From Spirogloea muscicola (taxonomy: Eukaryota): a stretch of 52,595 nucleotides of DNA. Each line of letters begins with the position of its first letter. Within the stretch, counting starts at the first letter, position 1. Location: contig WELB01000021.1 in the NCBI GenBank assembly GCA_009602725.1, positions 1,002,634 to 1,055,228 on the forward strand, in the 5' to 3' direction. A model generated the notes under the pieces. That model was not told where the DNA came from. It was given only the letters and a program-made list of their open reading frames with translations, and searched no databases. Of the stretch, positions 36,560 to 49,317 are shown piece after piece. The translations under genes were made by a program, and so were the position numbers.

Positions 36560-38850
36560 GCACCAAGAGGGCCCCTCCCAGCTGCTCTGCCACGGCCGCC
36601 GCGCGGTGCGGCTGGCTGGGCGGGCGCTGCGCCGAGCCCACTGCTCGCCGCCTCCGTCCAGCGCTGCTGGGCAAGCGCGGCGCGCAGCCACACAACGGCA
36701 GGCCCACCGCCGGCAATGAGCCCCTGCGGCCTTAGTCATCGAGTCGTGTTCTGTGTACCCGGGCCACCTCGAGCAGCTGCGGCCACGTCCCGGCAAGCTC
36801 GTCGGGTCCTTGAGCTCTTCCCACGGGCAGTGCACAGCTGGCGAGTGTCTGAAGCTGGGGTCATTCCGAAGGGACTGGTACCTCTTCCGCATCTGCAGGC
36901 CAGGCGACGGCCGGTCCCCTGACCGCTCGGAGTGGCAGATGAGGAGCTCACGCTCTTGATTGGGCGGGCTTTCGGGGAAGTCAACTGGCGCCCCACACTC
37001 TCCTTGTCCTGCCAACTGAGCTGAACCAGGTAACTGTGTCCCTCTCTGTTGGCTCAGGACATTTTGCCACAGTCGATAGCCGAAAGGACCAACTCTGACC
37101 AACATCACACAAGTTACTAAGTGATAGGGCCACGACCTTTACAACATCAGTGGATGAGATCACATCGAAAGTGTGCCTATTGCCTTGTATTGACACCATC
37201 CAACAAGAGTATTGGCATCACCATCTCCCTGCTTGGTCATTCACTCCTCACAATTCGAGTGGCAATGGATCATGCTTGTTTGACTATCTCTTCATGAGGT
37301 GAATTCAACCCGCTCATCTGACTGCAAGAGGCAAGGTTACATTGAAAACGCTCCTGATATGCCAGTCACTCTCACTAGCCGGAATTTTGGCCGGGTAGTT
37401 ACTCCAGAATGCTCAGGACCAACTTGACAGGATGGACAGAGTCGCCTGATTGCAAGAGGCACTGGCTGGCTGGGGTTGTTACGGTCCTTGACAAAGTTTG
37501 GCAGATGCATTATGTGTTGCAGATGCAGGCTGAGGCAGTCCAAAGACAACCATTGGAGTGCCTGCTCTGCGATGTCTTGCAGGAACGCTTTGACAACATA
37601 GAGGTACCTATGGAAGGATCGTGGGTGTGGAAGCTTATTCTCGAGCCCAATGATTCGGAGATTATCGGACTCCTTCGCAGAAGATCCACGAGCACGCTCA
37701 CCCTTAATGAGAGAAGGCTGTTTCCGGAAACAAATGTGCATGATCGGCACCCTAGAGAAATTGGATGCATTGGAGGCATGTGCAGTCACACCACACATGC
37801 ACACGTGCACATTGACACTGGTAGGAACTCTCCACTGGGCTGTGGGACACCTCAGAGCACGGAAGCCATGGAAGGATAGCTTGTTATAGTGTAAGGTTGT
37901 GGGAACAACCTGGCTCATAACAAATTGTCCGTAAGAATTGCAAGTGCTAAATTGTACATATGTATGTAAGCTAGGAAGCCTACAACCAGGTGCTGCTTGT
38001 CTCTACCCCCTAGACCGGATCAATCTTCCTGACACTTCTGACAAGTCCACAGTATGACTCGAATGAGGCCGTGAAACAGGTCGCTGGTGCAACGGGGGCC
38101 ACGTCTGGTACTTGTTCAGCCCACTCAGTACCAACATGCAAAAAGGAAAAGTAGAAGTTGAAAGAACAGTTTGAACGATTGGGGATTGGAAGCAAGACGG
38201 AGCCAGTATTGCAATAATTGACAACAATAAGGTGGTGATTGGGAGGAAGACATTTCACACATTCGGATTCGCTAAAACAATACACACAAGATGGAAGTTG
38301 GTGCAGTATGTTAAGGTGGAGGTCACCATCGAGGGTCAGCAAGATGATGTACCTTCTTGCTAAACTGCTTTTAGGCATTTGACTGGATTGTTGACATACT
38401 GTCAATCTAAAACCTCAAAAAGTATTAACAGTCTGTCCACATGCTGGTCAACTCAAGCACCAGCAAAGTAAATGCAGTCTCTCAGAAAGTATATGCTGTA
38501 CGTATGGTGCACAGCGTCCTTGAAAATGTGATGCATGTGATGCATGTGGTGGTGATTGGCTGACCAAGGCTCTCAACATTGTCTACAATCTCCACTGCGC
38601 AGCTCACCACAGCATTCTGCAAGGTCTTCGAGAGGACAGAGAATGCGACTGAAAGGACTGAGCAAGCCCAACCACATCGTCTAGAAAGCTTGATGCCCAG
38701 ACCAAGCCATGTTGGAGCAGAGTCAACGCAAGCAGCCACACAGTGTGTCAACAAGGCAGCAAGTAAAGGGAAAGGGAAGCTGCATGTTGAGGAAGCAGCT
38801 GCGTGTTCAGACGTGGACTTGGTGAGCCAGTTACTTTACTGCAGCTAAAC
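36560..38850 (+). pseudogene. divergent NAC-like gene 3; frameshifted
   Basis: 36590-36690 is homologous to 16990-17105. FWPG..DCKR|C then LECLLCD..WVWKLILEPNDSEIIGLLRRR..FPETNVHDRHP (37523-37775). VWYLFSPL..[frameshift ~38175]..GDWKQ..IGRKTF..TRWKLVQY (38080-38348). AFCKVF..SKGKGKLH.EEAAA (38603-38821), the last motif shared with gene 1. Confidence 0.78.
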
Positions 38851-39707
38851 GTCTCTGCACGTGCTTGCAGGTCTCCTGTTGTTTGCAAGCTGTGTCCAGG
38901 TCTTCGCTCCACTTGATGCAGCCAATAAAAGATTGAAAAGCTGCAGGAAGCGTCTGTAGCTGCGGGCGCTGATGTGTGTGTTCGGCTCTTGAAACTTTCA
39001 CAAATACCCAATAGTGTATCTTTTCTTGCATTTGCCTTCTCTCGGATGCCTTACATAAGCTTGTACAAGGTTTCTGCCTTTCTGGTAGCTAGATATTTGA
39101 TGGTACAGCACTGACATCTACAAAGGAGTTGTTGTCAAAAAACCAGGACACTGTTCTTATGGGTGTTTCTATGACTCCCGATGGCAGTGTCGCACCTAAG
39201 GTACTCTATCCACATTGCTTGAGCAACAAAGTGAGAGAATCTTATATGCACAAGCCCAACTATGTACAGCCCGACTATGTACATGTCTATCCACTGTCTT
39301 GGCCCATGCTTTAGAGGTGCTATCTGGCGGGTCTTTGGTCTGTCAGGTTGTATTGAGATTGGTTATCACCCGCAAGGTACAGACAAGTGGCAGGATGAGT
39401 ACTAAGCATCATGCAAGCTGAACTGACGATCTAAGAAGCAGAATCAACCTTACAGCAGAACCTGGCTACTAAGTCGGTGCTGAAGTTTGCACATGCAGGT
39501 TCCAAGTAGAGAACCTTCAGGAGTTGATGGGGCTCACAGCAATGAAGATGAGGAAAGGAAAAACATACTAAAGCTAACAAAACCTCAGTACCTGTACTTT
39601 CTTCAATATCATAGTACCTTGCTACAGATTGAAGACTGACTGACTTGCGTCAAATAGTTGGCCGAACATCATCTCTACAACTTTTGCGCATGTCTCGCTT
39701 GTTGCAG

Positions 39708-39969
39708 GTGCAGCCAGAGTCAGAAACAGCCTTATGGCCCAAATATGGAGTGCCTGCGCTGCCACCATGTTTATCCAGGCCTTCAACGAAACGTGGCCAA
39801 CAGTGGGATACCTCTGGGTAGCTCGTGGAGACTCACGTTTGAACCCACTGATGTTGAGGCAATATTTTACTGAGGAGAAAAGTTGACCCGCACGCACAGC
39901 TTACTGTGGAGGAGATGGCGTTGATTCCCCAGGTAGATGTTCATGCCGGAGAGCCTGCAAACATTGGAG
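39708..39969 (+). pseudogene. orphan exon of divergent NAC-like gene 4
   Basis: CSQSQKQPYGPNMECLRCHHVY..WRLTFEPTDVEAIF[frameshift ~39866]LRRK..LIPQVDVHAGEPANIG. Closest to gene 2; no downstream exons found. Confidence 0.8.
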
Positions 39970-40113
39970 GTATGCACAGTGTCCTTCCACGAGAATCAAC
40001 CAGTTGAATCTCCTGTGCTGCTGTTAGAGTACTGACCAGTAATGCGTAGCGTATTCTCTCAAAGAATGATTTGCAGCTGTCAATCAGAGGACCACATGAG
40101 CACATGTACGTGC

Positions 40114-42052
40114 TCAGAAGTATCCAGCGATTGTAGCAGTTACCTTGCCAGCATGCTCAGCTCCTCTTTCCGGATCATGATCAGCTGGCCATTCATGGTG
40201 GTCTGTTGGAGGTGCAGAAGCATCGTCATTGATAACCTTGTCCAATAGTCTCTGCCTTGGGTTTTGCTTCTGGGGAGATTCAGCAGCTTCAGCTGGCCCC
40301 AGACGAAGGGCCAAATCCTGCACATCAAGCGTGGCTCCTCTCCCCCAACCTCCCATGAGATCACCCTCTTGAGGATCCTCTTCCATTGGCCCCGGAAAAT
40401 TGTCTAAGTCCCTAAGTTCTTGATCAAATTGGTCATGTAAGTTCATCGGTTCTTCGTGAAATTGGTCAACTCCTTCCTGAACCTGGTCAATGTCCCTCGT
40501 TGTGTTCTTGACCTGGTCACCTACTTGGTTACAGGTCTCATCGATGTCATCCATCTCACTGGACACAGTGCATCGTCCTTTCCCACTAGCACCTGCTTCG
40601 CCCACTGCCAGCTGATGACGACGACCGATATTGAAGGCCTTTCCATACCAAGCCAGGGGGCTGCAAAGTGCACACTCAGCACTTGAGGATCTACTGCCAG
40701 ACAAAGTGACATCCAACTTCTCCAGCTCTGTGGTGATTGAAGCACTGTCGACTTCAGCGGTGTACTTGAGCTTGCACACAACGATTTCATCCTGCAACAG
40801 CAACAATCCTCTGATACATTTCATATGCACTATCAAGGAAGACAAGGGGCTGGCCTACCCTGCAGGCAGTCTTTATCAAAGTGGACCTGTGTGGCCTTCA
40901 AAGTGTGCAATTACACAGTCCATCCATAAACCTTGAGCAATATCAAGTTCTAAAGCACAGCTCCATACATGCAGTATCTCGTACTTACCTGTGATTCTAT
41001 TGACTGGTGGTCAACTATATGATACTCGTGCAGTATCCACTTCGTCTTGCTGTTACGTGCACTGCCTTTCCGGACCCTCTTCTTGGACGAGACGGAAACC
41101 TCCTTCACTGCATCCTGTATTACCACAGGATGGAGTACTTCAAAATTGTCTGGTCGACCACAATGCGTCAGAAGAGTTCTAGTGCTCCCCTATAGTGTGC
41201 ATGGCTGTGGTCAAAGTAGGCACTATCTACAACCAGCAGGTAAGGAACGCAGACGAGGCAAAAGGTGTGAGACTTGACATACCGGTGCTGTAGCTTGTTG
41301 CACAAGGGCATCACTGCTGCTCTTCTCCAGATGGGACCAGCCTTCAAGCACTGAATCAATGGGTCCTTGATCCTCACTGTAGTACGTGAATATGCGTTTT
41401 ATTGCTGTTACTCCACTTAGTGGCATGGTCATAGTACTACAGCCCTTCCACTTGCCCTTCCCTGCTTGGCGATTATATTCCCCTTCCCTTTCGGAGCCAT
41501 CTCGATACTTGCGCCGGAGGGCATAGAAGAAATATGCATCATGGAGCACTCGACAAGACTTGCCTGCACACACAAGCATATGATCAAAGTGAACGATGAG
41601 ATGAGAGACTAGCAGACTGGCTTTGAAACCAAGCTTCGACACTCTCAGGAAGTCCAAGTAAGTAACCCTTGTGACTGTGACGGCAGGCATCGAGGGCACA
41701 TGTTGGTCCTTGATGACACCTTGTAGAAAGATATCAGTTAATCAATAACTTGACTTCAAGAGCCTGAGACATAGCAACTTACAGGCAAATGCTGGATCCC
41801 ATGCAATATACACAAATTCCATGCATCTGATGAACGTAGTAGCTTAGCTGCTCAGTCTCCATCAGAATGTGGCGAGAAATTACTTGTCAACTTCCAAGGT
41901 TCAGTCTCAAAGACGTCCTTTTCAGGGACGAGAATCTTCTCTTGTTCCGTAAGCTTCCCTGCTAAACGAGATCTCAAGTAGTGTACCACCAACTCCTCGT
42001 CCGTGGGAGCAAAGCGAAGCCCCACTACCTGCCTTTCTGCACTCGCTGAAAG
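40114..42052 (-). CDS. NAC-domain transcription factor, multi-exon, start codon not located
   Basis: Exon ~42052-41884 VVGLRFAPTDEELVVHYLR..VPEKDVFETEPWKL. Exon 41563-41283 YFFYALRRKYRDG..YNRQAGKGKWKG..IKRIFTYY. Exon ~41189-40989 KTKWILHEYHI. Exon 40791-40114 EIVVCKLKY plus an acidic tail. GT-AG junctions are phase-consistent. Confidence 0.88.
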
Positions 42053-42129
42053 CCTACAGCCTGCATGAAGCTTCCGCTTAGCAACTTAGATAATTTCTAC
42101 AGGCAGTAAAGAGAGACCTGATGAACCGC

Positions 42130-45100
42130 CTCAGCAAAGCAGAAAGCGAAGGTGATTGTTCTGATTAATACTGCGGAATAGATGCTTAGATTTCAAACAA
42201 GAGAGGCGCGCTGCGACACGTTCTAAAGAGCGTATACCAGACGTGCAATTCTTGTCCCATACGACGACCAGGCAATACAAGCCCACTGGCATTCCTACGG
42301 ATGTGCACAATTTCTGTATACCTGCCCATGCATTCCCCTCGTCCATCATAAAAGCTGGCGATGACGTGCCCCTCCTCATATCCATGTGGTCCTGAGCAAG
42401 CACATCGAATCATATGACCGGCTTATCTGTACATCATATGTTGCATGGGCCATAGCCACAGTCATGCTGACAAAACTTTGGAGCACCTTCCAGCCGACAG
42501 GGTCATCTTAGGCCTAAACAGGACCTTCCATCAGTGCTTGTCCGCCTGCCAATGCACCTCTCTCCACGCGATTGACAATATGCGCAAAGGTGCCCAATCA
42601 ACAAGGTCAGCAAGGTCCACTTACTGCTGCACAGGGTGCTGATGGAAGTTGCGGCATGGAATTTGCATTTCTCTCCTGCACGGCTTTCTCAGACGGTTTC
42701 CAGATATCCAGATATGCTGCACCTGGTACTTCCTGAGAGCTTGTCACAAGCACCCCATTGCTGCATCAGTACACCTATGCAGGCTGCTTTGCGCAACTTA
42801 CAGACCCCCGGACAAGGATGTCTCACACAGAAACTGTATCTGAATGAGCAGCTCAGCAAAGTACGTAGTATCAGCCAAGATACATCAGCATATGCCCATG
42901 AACTGCTGGCCATCCAGGCTAGTGTAGCATCAACTGCAGCAGAGTCTGCAGTAGCTAAAGGTAGGAACCTGGAAGGCTGGAAGGTTAAGGCATCTACCCT
43001 ATCAGAGAATGTTGGCAGGAGATGTTCTGTAAGTTTTGTCTGCTCAGCCTGCAGAGCAACTCCTGTAAGCAAATTCCTTTCCAACGTTGTGCCTTCAGCT
43101 TGTGGTGCCTGAGGGTTTAAGAAATGCACCACCCTGAGTGACAAGCACAACCATGCAAGCTGCTGTACGACGGAAGTTCTGCTTCCAAATACAAGGATGT
43201 CAAACTGGGGGGGAAAAGCATAAAGCAGCAGCCCTGGTCGGTCAACTACAATTAGGAGCAACCGGGCTTGTTTATGCTATGTGTGACATGGCGCTGGCAC
43301 GCAAAAAGAGATCTGGCGTCCACCAGCATTGGAGGGAGTGGCAGTGTAGCAGCAGTTTGCGCTGCTCCAGTACTCCCCTGCACTGGGTGCCCAGGTAAGT
43401 CCCAGACCTGTAAGAGCAGCGGCCATGTTGTGGCTGCACCTGGTTCCTGTTGTCACAGGGCTGTCTGAGTGAGCTATGATTGCACGATCCCGTTCAATCT
43501 TGTCGCAATAAGTATAGCTGTTGGATCACAAGCAGATCGCTGAATCTGATTATGCAAGGGCGTTGCTGAACAGCATACTCGGGGGCTGCAAATAAGCTGA
43601 AGCAGTAGCAGGTGCTCTTCTACAATGGCCCCAATTTCCGTTGTCTGGTGACGGTTGCTGAAGAAATAGTCGGGTGCCGGTCTTTTGTACAACGAGCTTG
43701 TGCCATGAAGAAAAACTGGGAAAACTGGGCTTGTCTCAGGGCGAGGTTGTTCTGACTCGTCACACAGGAAAGCTCCCAACCGACTTGGAAAGGAATGCTG
43801 CATGCCAAGCTCGACGAAGTCCTCAAGAGTGGGAAGATCCAAACCCATGCCGAGTAACGTCATGGAGCCAATTGAGTCCAGGATGCGGAATATAGATTCA
43901 AACAAGTCCTTGCAAATCCGATCCATTTGGCAAATTCTGTCAAAAGCCGGTGCGATTCTACACTCTTCGACTGAACTTTCAGGAGACCTGGGGGTTACCA
44001 ATACCAGGACGGATGTCAGCTGAAACCATTGCACTTCTTGAGTAGAAGGTCAATGCAGACAAGTATGCTAGTTAACAGACCCGATCCCAGCTCGAAGCTT
44101 GCGGGCGACACTCAAGTGACTATCTGAAGGGCCAGACTTCAATATTCTGTGAAACTTGTGATCAAACATGAAGCACACTTGCCACCTGAGCAGCAGTGTA
44201 CCAAACAAGTCAGAAGGGAAGCCAAACCTGCTCCAACTGCATGCGCACTAGTGACTCTGCAGATACTACAGAGCTTATCAGGGCTCACCAATTAGGCACA
44301 GATACACAGAAGCATTGCATCGTATCTCGCAAGACGTAAGCGAGAGCCATAGCAGCTCCAATATGAGGCTCCTCCTTTGTCAGCGCCTCCTCCGTCAGTG
44401 ACTTATGCAGATTATCACTATCACAACAGACAATGACCAGATCGGCAAGCAACAAGATGCCATGGGCAAACTGTTCCTTCAAGGTGCCCACAGTCTCGTA
44501 CAGAGTAACGCGCTGCTCTATGATGACATGCTCAAAGTAGCCGCGACCAAGAGCACCTATATCCTTTTGGCTCTTTCCTTGGCTCTGCTTGCACTTCCCT
44601 GCACTTGGCAAACCTCAAACAAGCAATGAGATGTCAGAATCTAGTCACTTAATCACCCAAGCATTCCAGTCAGTCCAAGCAGCATGCTGCATAAGGGCCA
44701 GCTCAAGTTGTGAAACATCATGCAGATCCTATGCATGCATAAGCTCTTGGCAGTACCGCGCAGCATTCCCAGCAACTCCACAACAAAAGGCGAGATGCTC
44801 CCAGCTGCAAAAGCACGAGAAAAAACACTGATGACAACAACATGCCGCCATGATGGGTCCTGTGGCTTCAGCTTCGCTCGGCGTTCCCTACGTGTAATAG
44901 TGACCTTCTTGATAATCTCATTATATTCATCTGGTAGACGTTCTTCTTCTACATCCTTGATCTGAAGATCAAGCTCCTCAAGGAAATCTTCCATGATCCC
45001 AGAAGCCTTCCATATGGTCCAATCATTAGGGAGCCATTCACCTAAGCTTTCATGTTCCTGTTCCTGTCGGAAGCGATCCAAGCCTCTAGCCGTCCGACAA

Positions 45101-45273
45101 GTACGACGCCAGTGCTGCGACATCGTCTCTGCTGCATAGCACAATTGAATTGGTGACAAGTCCTTTGGCGCAACCCTTCCATTCAACATCTCCACCACGT
45201 CCTCCTCATCATATTCCCAGTGCTCTATCGCCCAGATGTTACCTTCAGGCAGAGGAGGAGGTGTGCCACTCAA
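42130..45273 (-). pseudogene. copy U4 of the unidentified family, with longer open upstream segments
   Basis: ORF 43474-44034 ILD..GMGLDLP..LGAFLCDESE..FPVF aligns with U2 ILD..GLGLAWP..LGVFLDNLSQ..FPLL. ATYDVQISRSYD (~42440) aligns with AFIDVRIMEGCD. ORFs 44285-44611 and 44653-45273 have protein-like composition. Confidence 0.5.
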
Positions 45274-46381
45274 CGTGTTAGTTCAAGCATGACTTCAGCT
45301 GTATGCCCAGGCGACATTCAATTGTCAGACACGCAACTGACTAACCGATAGCACCAAGCAGCCGTGACAGCTACTCCGCCCTGCAGATTTTGTGGTGCCT
45401 AGTGTCCCCTCTGGATAATCCCAATGCATGCCAACTTTACGGCCCTTTGACACAAGGCAAGGCAGGGATACTGCCCTGGCGCGACGAGCTTTGCTGGCAA
45501 ACAAGATCAGCTTGCCTGGTCAATGGCAGTCATCGTCATCGCCAGAGGTCAAAAGGCGAAGTAGAGGCGCACGAGCGACTTGCACAATAGTGGTTATCTC
45601 AGAGCTTACCTGTTGAAGTGGACTGCCTGACAGCTTGCCAGAACATCTGGTTATATCTCCACGGACTGCGAGGCGTGGACATGCCGCCCTCGCTTCGCAT
45701 GCTGGCCAGACAGAGCAGCATGTCAAGTCAGAGTGACATGAATCGGACCAGTAGCAGCCTTCGTGCTTTGCCAAGGTGCGAGCCAAGCTCGACGCAGGCC
45801 TGTTGGCTTGACCTTGCATCTGCGCATGCGGGAGGTCTCGAGCAACCAAATCACGAAGGCACAACAGCTTTCTGGCAGATCACCCATCTGGGAGAGACGG
45901 AGGGGTACAGGGAGTAGCGGAGAACCGGGTGAAAGCCAAGGGAGGGCAGGCGCTGCAGGAGGTCAGGTCACCCGCGCAGCACCGAAGCAGAGATGGTCGC
46001 AAAGGCGCGGCGACGCGGGTGCTGCACTGCTTGCAAGACGCGCTCGAGGAGGCTGCCGCCGGAAAGCTCGCGCCAGCAAGGAGGGCGCAGGGCCGAGGGG
46101 GCGTTCACGGCGCGGGGCATGGCGTCCCCGGAACGGACTGGCTGGCGGGGGTGGACTGCGCCAGCGTGCGCTCTGGAGGTCGAGGCCGGGGCACGGCCAT
46201 GGGCCCGGCGGCGGAGTCGAGGTCCGGCGCGGCTTGTGCTTGTTTTTCTTAGCGCCGGGGGCTGTCTAGACGGCGGACTCGACTCGCCACTTGCCGAGGG
46301 GCAGCGGCCGGTCGCAGAACGGTCGCGCATGGAGGCGGTGGAATGCCTCGTTCGCCAGCGCCTGAAGGACTCTTCCAGAAG

Positions 46382-46476
46382 TGTCCCCCTTAGCCAGCTC
46401 ATTACCCAGTTAACGGGACATTTGTAAGGCTAGACTTGGCCTCCCTTTCAATTTCATGCGACCGCGCGCGCCTTCT
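46382..46476 (+). mobile_element. ~95-bp family E 3' UTR insert with TSD CTCTTCCAGAAG
   Basis: Direct repeat at 46370-46381 and 46477-46488. Confidence 0.9.
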
Positions 46477-46829
46477 CTCTTCCAGAAGCGGGCGATGGCG
46501 GTTTGTCTCTCCCATCCGCTGACTGGTTCTTTCCGCCGCCGCCACCCTCCATAAACCCCAGCAAACCCCAAAGAAGGTGATGCTCTTGGATATGCATCTG
46601 CAGATGCTTTCAGCCTGTACTCCATGCTGCTTCAGCAGAGGAGCTCCATGTGCCTCAGCCGTGGTCACTTGTTCTTTCGAGCAATGTAATGCAAGGCTAG
46701 TGCAATTTAGTTGAAGCATAGCAGCGTGGGGCATGCATTGCGTTGCTATTGGGAACAGGCAAGTGAGTGCTCTTGTCGATCTGCTCTGGCGCACACTTTT
46801 TGAAAGCGAAGCGTTCTAAGCCTGCCGCC

Positions 46830-48210
46830 GCTGGTCAATGTGGCGAGATGAACTGGCATACGTTGTACATGCCCTCTGTATAACGCGTCCTTTGTTGCCT
46901 TTGCATGAATGAGGGAAGCTCAATCCAATGAGAAGGTGGCGTTCTGAGGAGCTTTTTCTTATTCTGGTGAACAGCCAGGTGAGTTGACCAGTTCCTTCGT
47001 TCCGTTGTGAAGAAATGCGCTGACATCAACCTTCGAGTACTGCAAATTTAGGAAGGATCTAAGACAGCTGGACCAAGTGCATCACACAATCAAGACACTG
47101 CACATCAGTTGCTCTGCCTTCTGCTTTGTGCCACCTATCAGCGTCTCTGTGACAACTCGGCACATGTTCATCGTGAGACCGTTATGACAGTCTGTACTCC
47201 GCAGTATGACTCCTCTGCAAGTTTTTAGGGTCAAAGACCCGTTTATTAGAGGACAGCTGAAGCTGGAGACAATGCTGCAATTCGTGGGGGTTGACATGCA
47301 CGTTTTGCAGCTGAAAAAATGTTACACTGTAGGGCGCAACTACTGCAGGCAGGCATGTCTGTGTCTGTCCTGGATAATACGTACAGTAAATTCGACGGAT
47401 GTGGCTGGTCTGTGAGACCAAGCTGTGAAGTACAGTAATGCACAAGGTCAATCGCCTCAGCGCTCAATTTGAATACATTACAAGCGAGCTGCTGGAAGGA
47501 TGATAGAACAGCACCCTCAAAGAGGTGGTGCGGGGGTTTTGTATTCCAGCCATTTTTGTACATGACATCTAAATTGTATCTTACCGTTACTGTACACCGT
47601 ATTTTACATCCTTGGCAGCAGTTGGCCGCGCATTTGAGGCCAGTATGTACACTGTGTATCCTTCAAGGCTGTATGTCGGGCTCAGAAGTACCTGGTAGGC
47701 CGTCCCAAGCCTGTAACAGATTGGTGAAGCCTAAGCTCTCAAGCAACTGGTTTGTCTCGGGCAGGACTGCCGTTGGTACCTGTTCAAGGCACTGAGCACC
47801 TTGATTGAGAATCAGTAACTCCAACTTGGCTCATGAAGACTAGGAAGACACAGCGCAGCTGGAGCTGACTAGTGGTTGTTGATGTGATTTGGAGCACAAG
47901 ATGTCTACCAAAGAATCATTGCTGGCAAGGATAACCTTAGAGCACTACTTGGTGTGTAACACAATCTGGCCCTTGAGAGCTACCAGGCAGGATTTCGTCG
48001 CTCTCCATCACAGAATTTCCAGGACTGAATGCCTACAGGACAAACGGAGCGGACGACTGCATTTGTCACTTGCAGGCAGTAAGGCTTGAGCACAGACTCT
48101 GCACCTGCCAAGGGGGTGGCCTTTCCTTGGGACGCAGAGTCGTACCTTGACAACACCCAGAAGCAGTCTGGCCAGATTCCAAGAAGAGATTCGCAGGTGT
48201 GACTACCTGC
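46830..48210 (-). pseudogene. decayed copy U5 of the unidentified family
   Basis: QLRCVFLVFMSQVGVTD (~47860-47810) and TNLLQAWDGL (~47725-47695) occur in the same order and similar spacing as in U2. Confidence 0.45.
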
Positions 48211-48570
48211 GGGACAAGCAGAGCACACGACTATGTGTCAGCGGCACATCATGTGAAGTACTACACGGCCTCTCTGCGAGATTCTCGACTCTGTGGACTT
48301 TAGCTCGTACCGAGTAGTCTGCGCAGAGACCCGCGCGCGTCACCGTGAGGTGAGGGGTTCGAGACCGCCAGGGGCCACAGACGGCCATGGACGGCCACGG
48401 CGAGCTCCCGTCCCGGCATCCTGCTCGCTCGCAATTCCGCTCGTGCCATGAGCTCTTTCGGAGCATATTCGCGCGGGGGCGATATCTCACGAATTGCGCG
48501 GATGCGGGCGACCGGCGGGGCCGGGGCGCGGCGGCCACGGCGGCGCCGGGCACGCGAGGCGCCTCTGATG

Positions 48571-49317
48571 NNNNNNNNNNNNNNNNNNNNNNNNNNNNNN
48601 NNNNNNNNNNNNNNNNNNNNNNNNNNNNNNNNNNNNNNNNNNNNNNNNNNNNNNNNNNNNNNNNNNNNNNNNNNNNNNNNNNNNNNNNNNNNNNNNNNNN
48701 NNNNNNNNNNNNNNNNNNNNNNNNNNNNNNNNNNNNNNNNNNNNNNNNNNNNNNNNNNNNNNNNNNNNNNNNNNNNNNNNNNNNNNNNNNNNNNNNNNNN
48801 NNNNNNNNNNNNNNNNNNNNNNNNNNNNNNNNNNNNNNNNNNNNNNNNNNNNNNNNNNNNNNNNNNNNNNNNNNNNNNNNNNNNNNNNNNNNNNNNNNNN
48901 NNNNNNNNNNNNNNNNNNNNNNNNNNNNNNNNNNNNNNNNNNNNNNNNNNNNNNNNNNNNNNNNNNNNNNNNNNNNNNNNNNNNNNNNNNNNNNNNNNNN
49001 NNNNNNNNNNNNNNNNNNNNNNNNNNNNNNNNNNNNNNNNNNNNNNNNNNNNNNNNNNNNNNNNNNNNNNNNNNNNNNNNNNNNNNNNNNNNNNNNNNNN
49101 NNNNNNNNNNNNNNNNNNNNNNNNNNNNNNNNNNNNNNNNNNNNNNNNNNNNNNNNNNNNNNNNNNNNNNNNNNNNNNNNNNNNNNNNNNNNNNNNNNNN
49201 NNNNNNNNNNNNNNNNNNNNNNNNNNNNNNNNNNNNNNNNNNNNNNNNNNNNNNNNNNNNNNNNNNNNNNNNNNNNNNNNNNNNNNNNNNNNNNNNNNNN
49301 NNNNNNNNNNNNNNNNN
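48571..49317. other. assembly gap (747 N)
   Basis: Run of N. There is also a single N at 33338. Confidence 1.

Noticed and set aside
45993..46427. ORF ending VPLSQLITQLTGHL shared with 49340-49386
   Set aside because: The shared peptide is a chance reading of the family E 3' UTR insert, which is bounded by a TSD.
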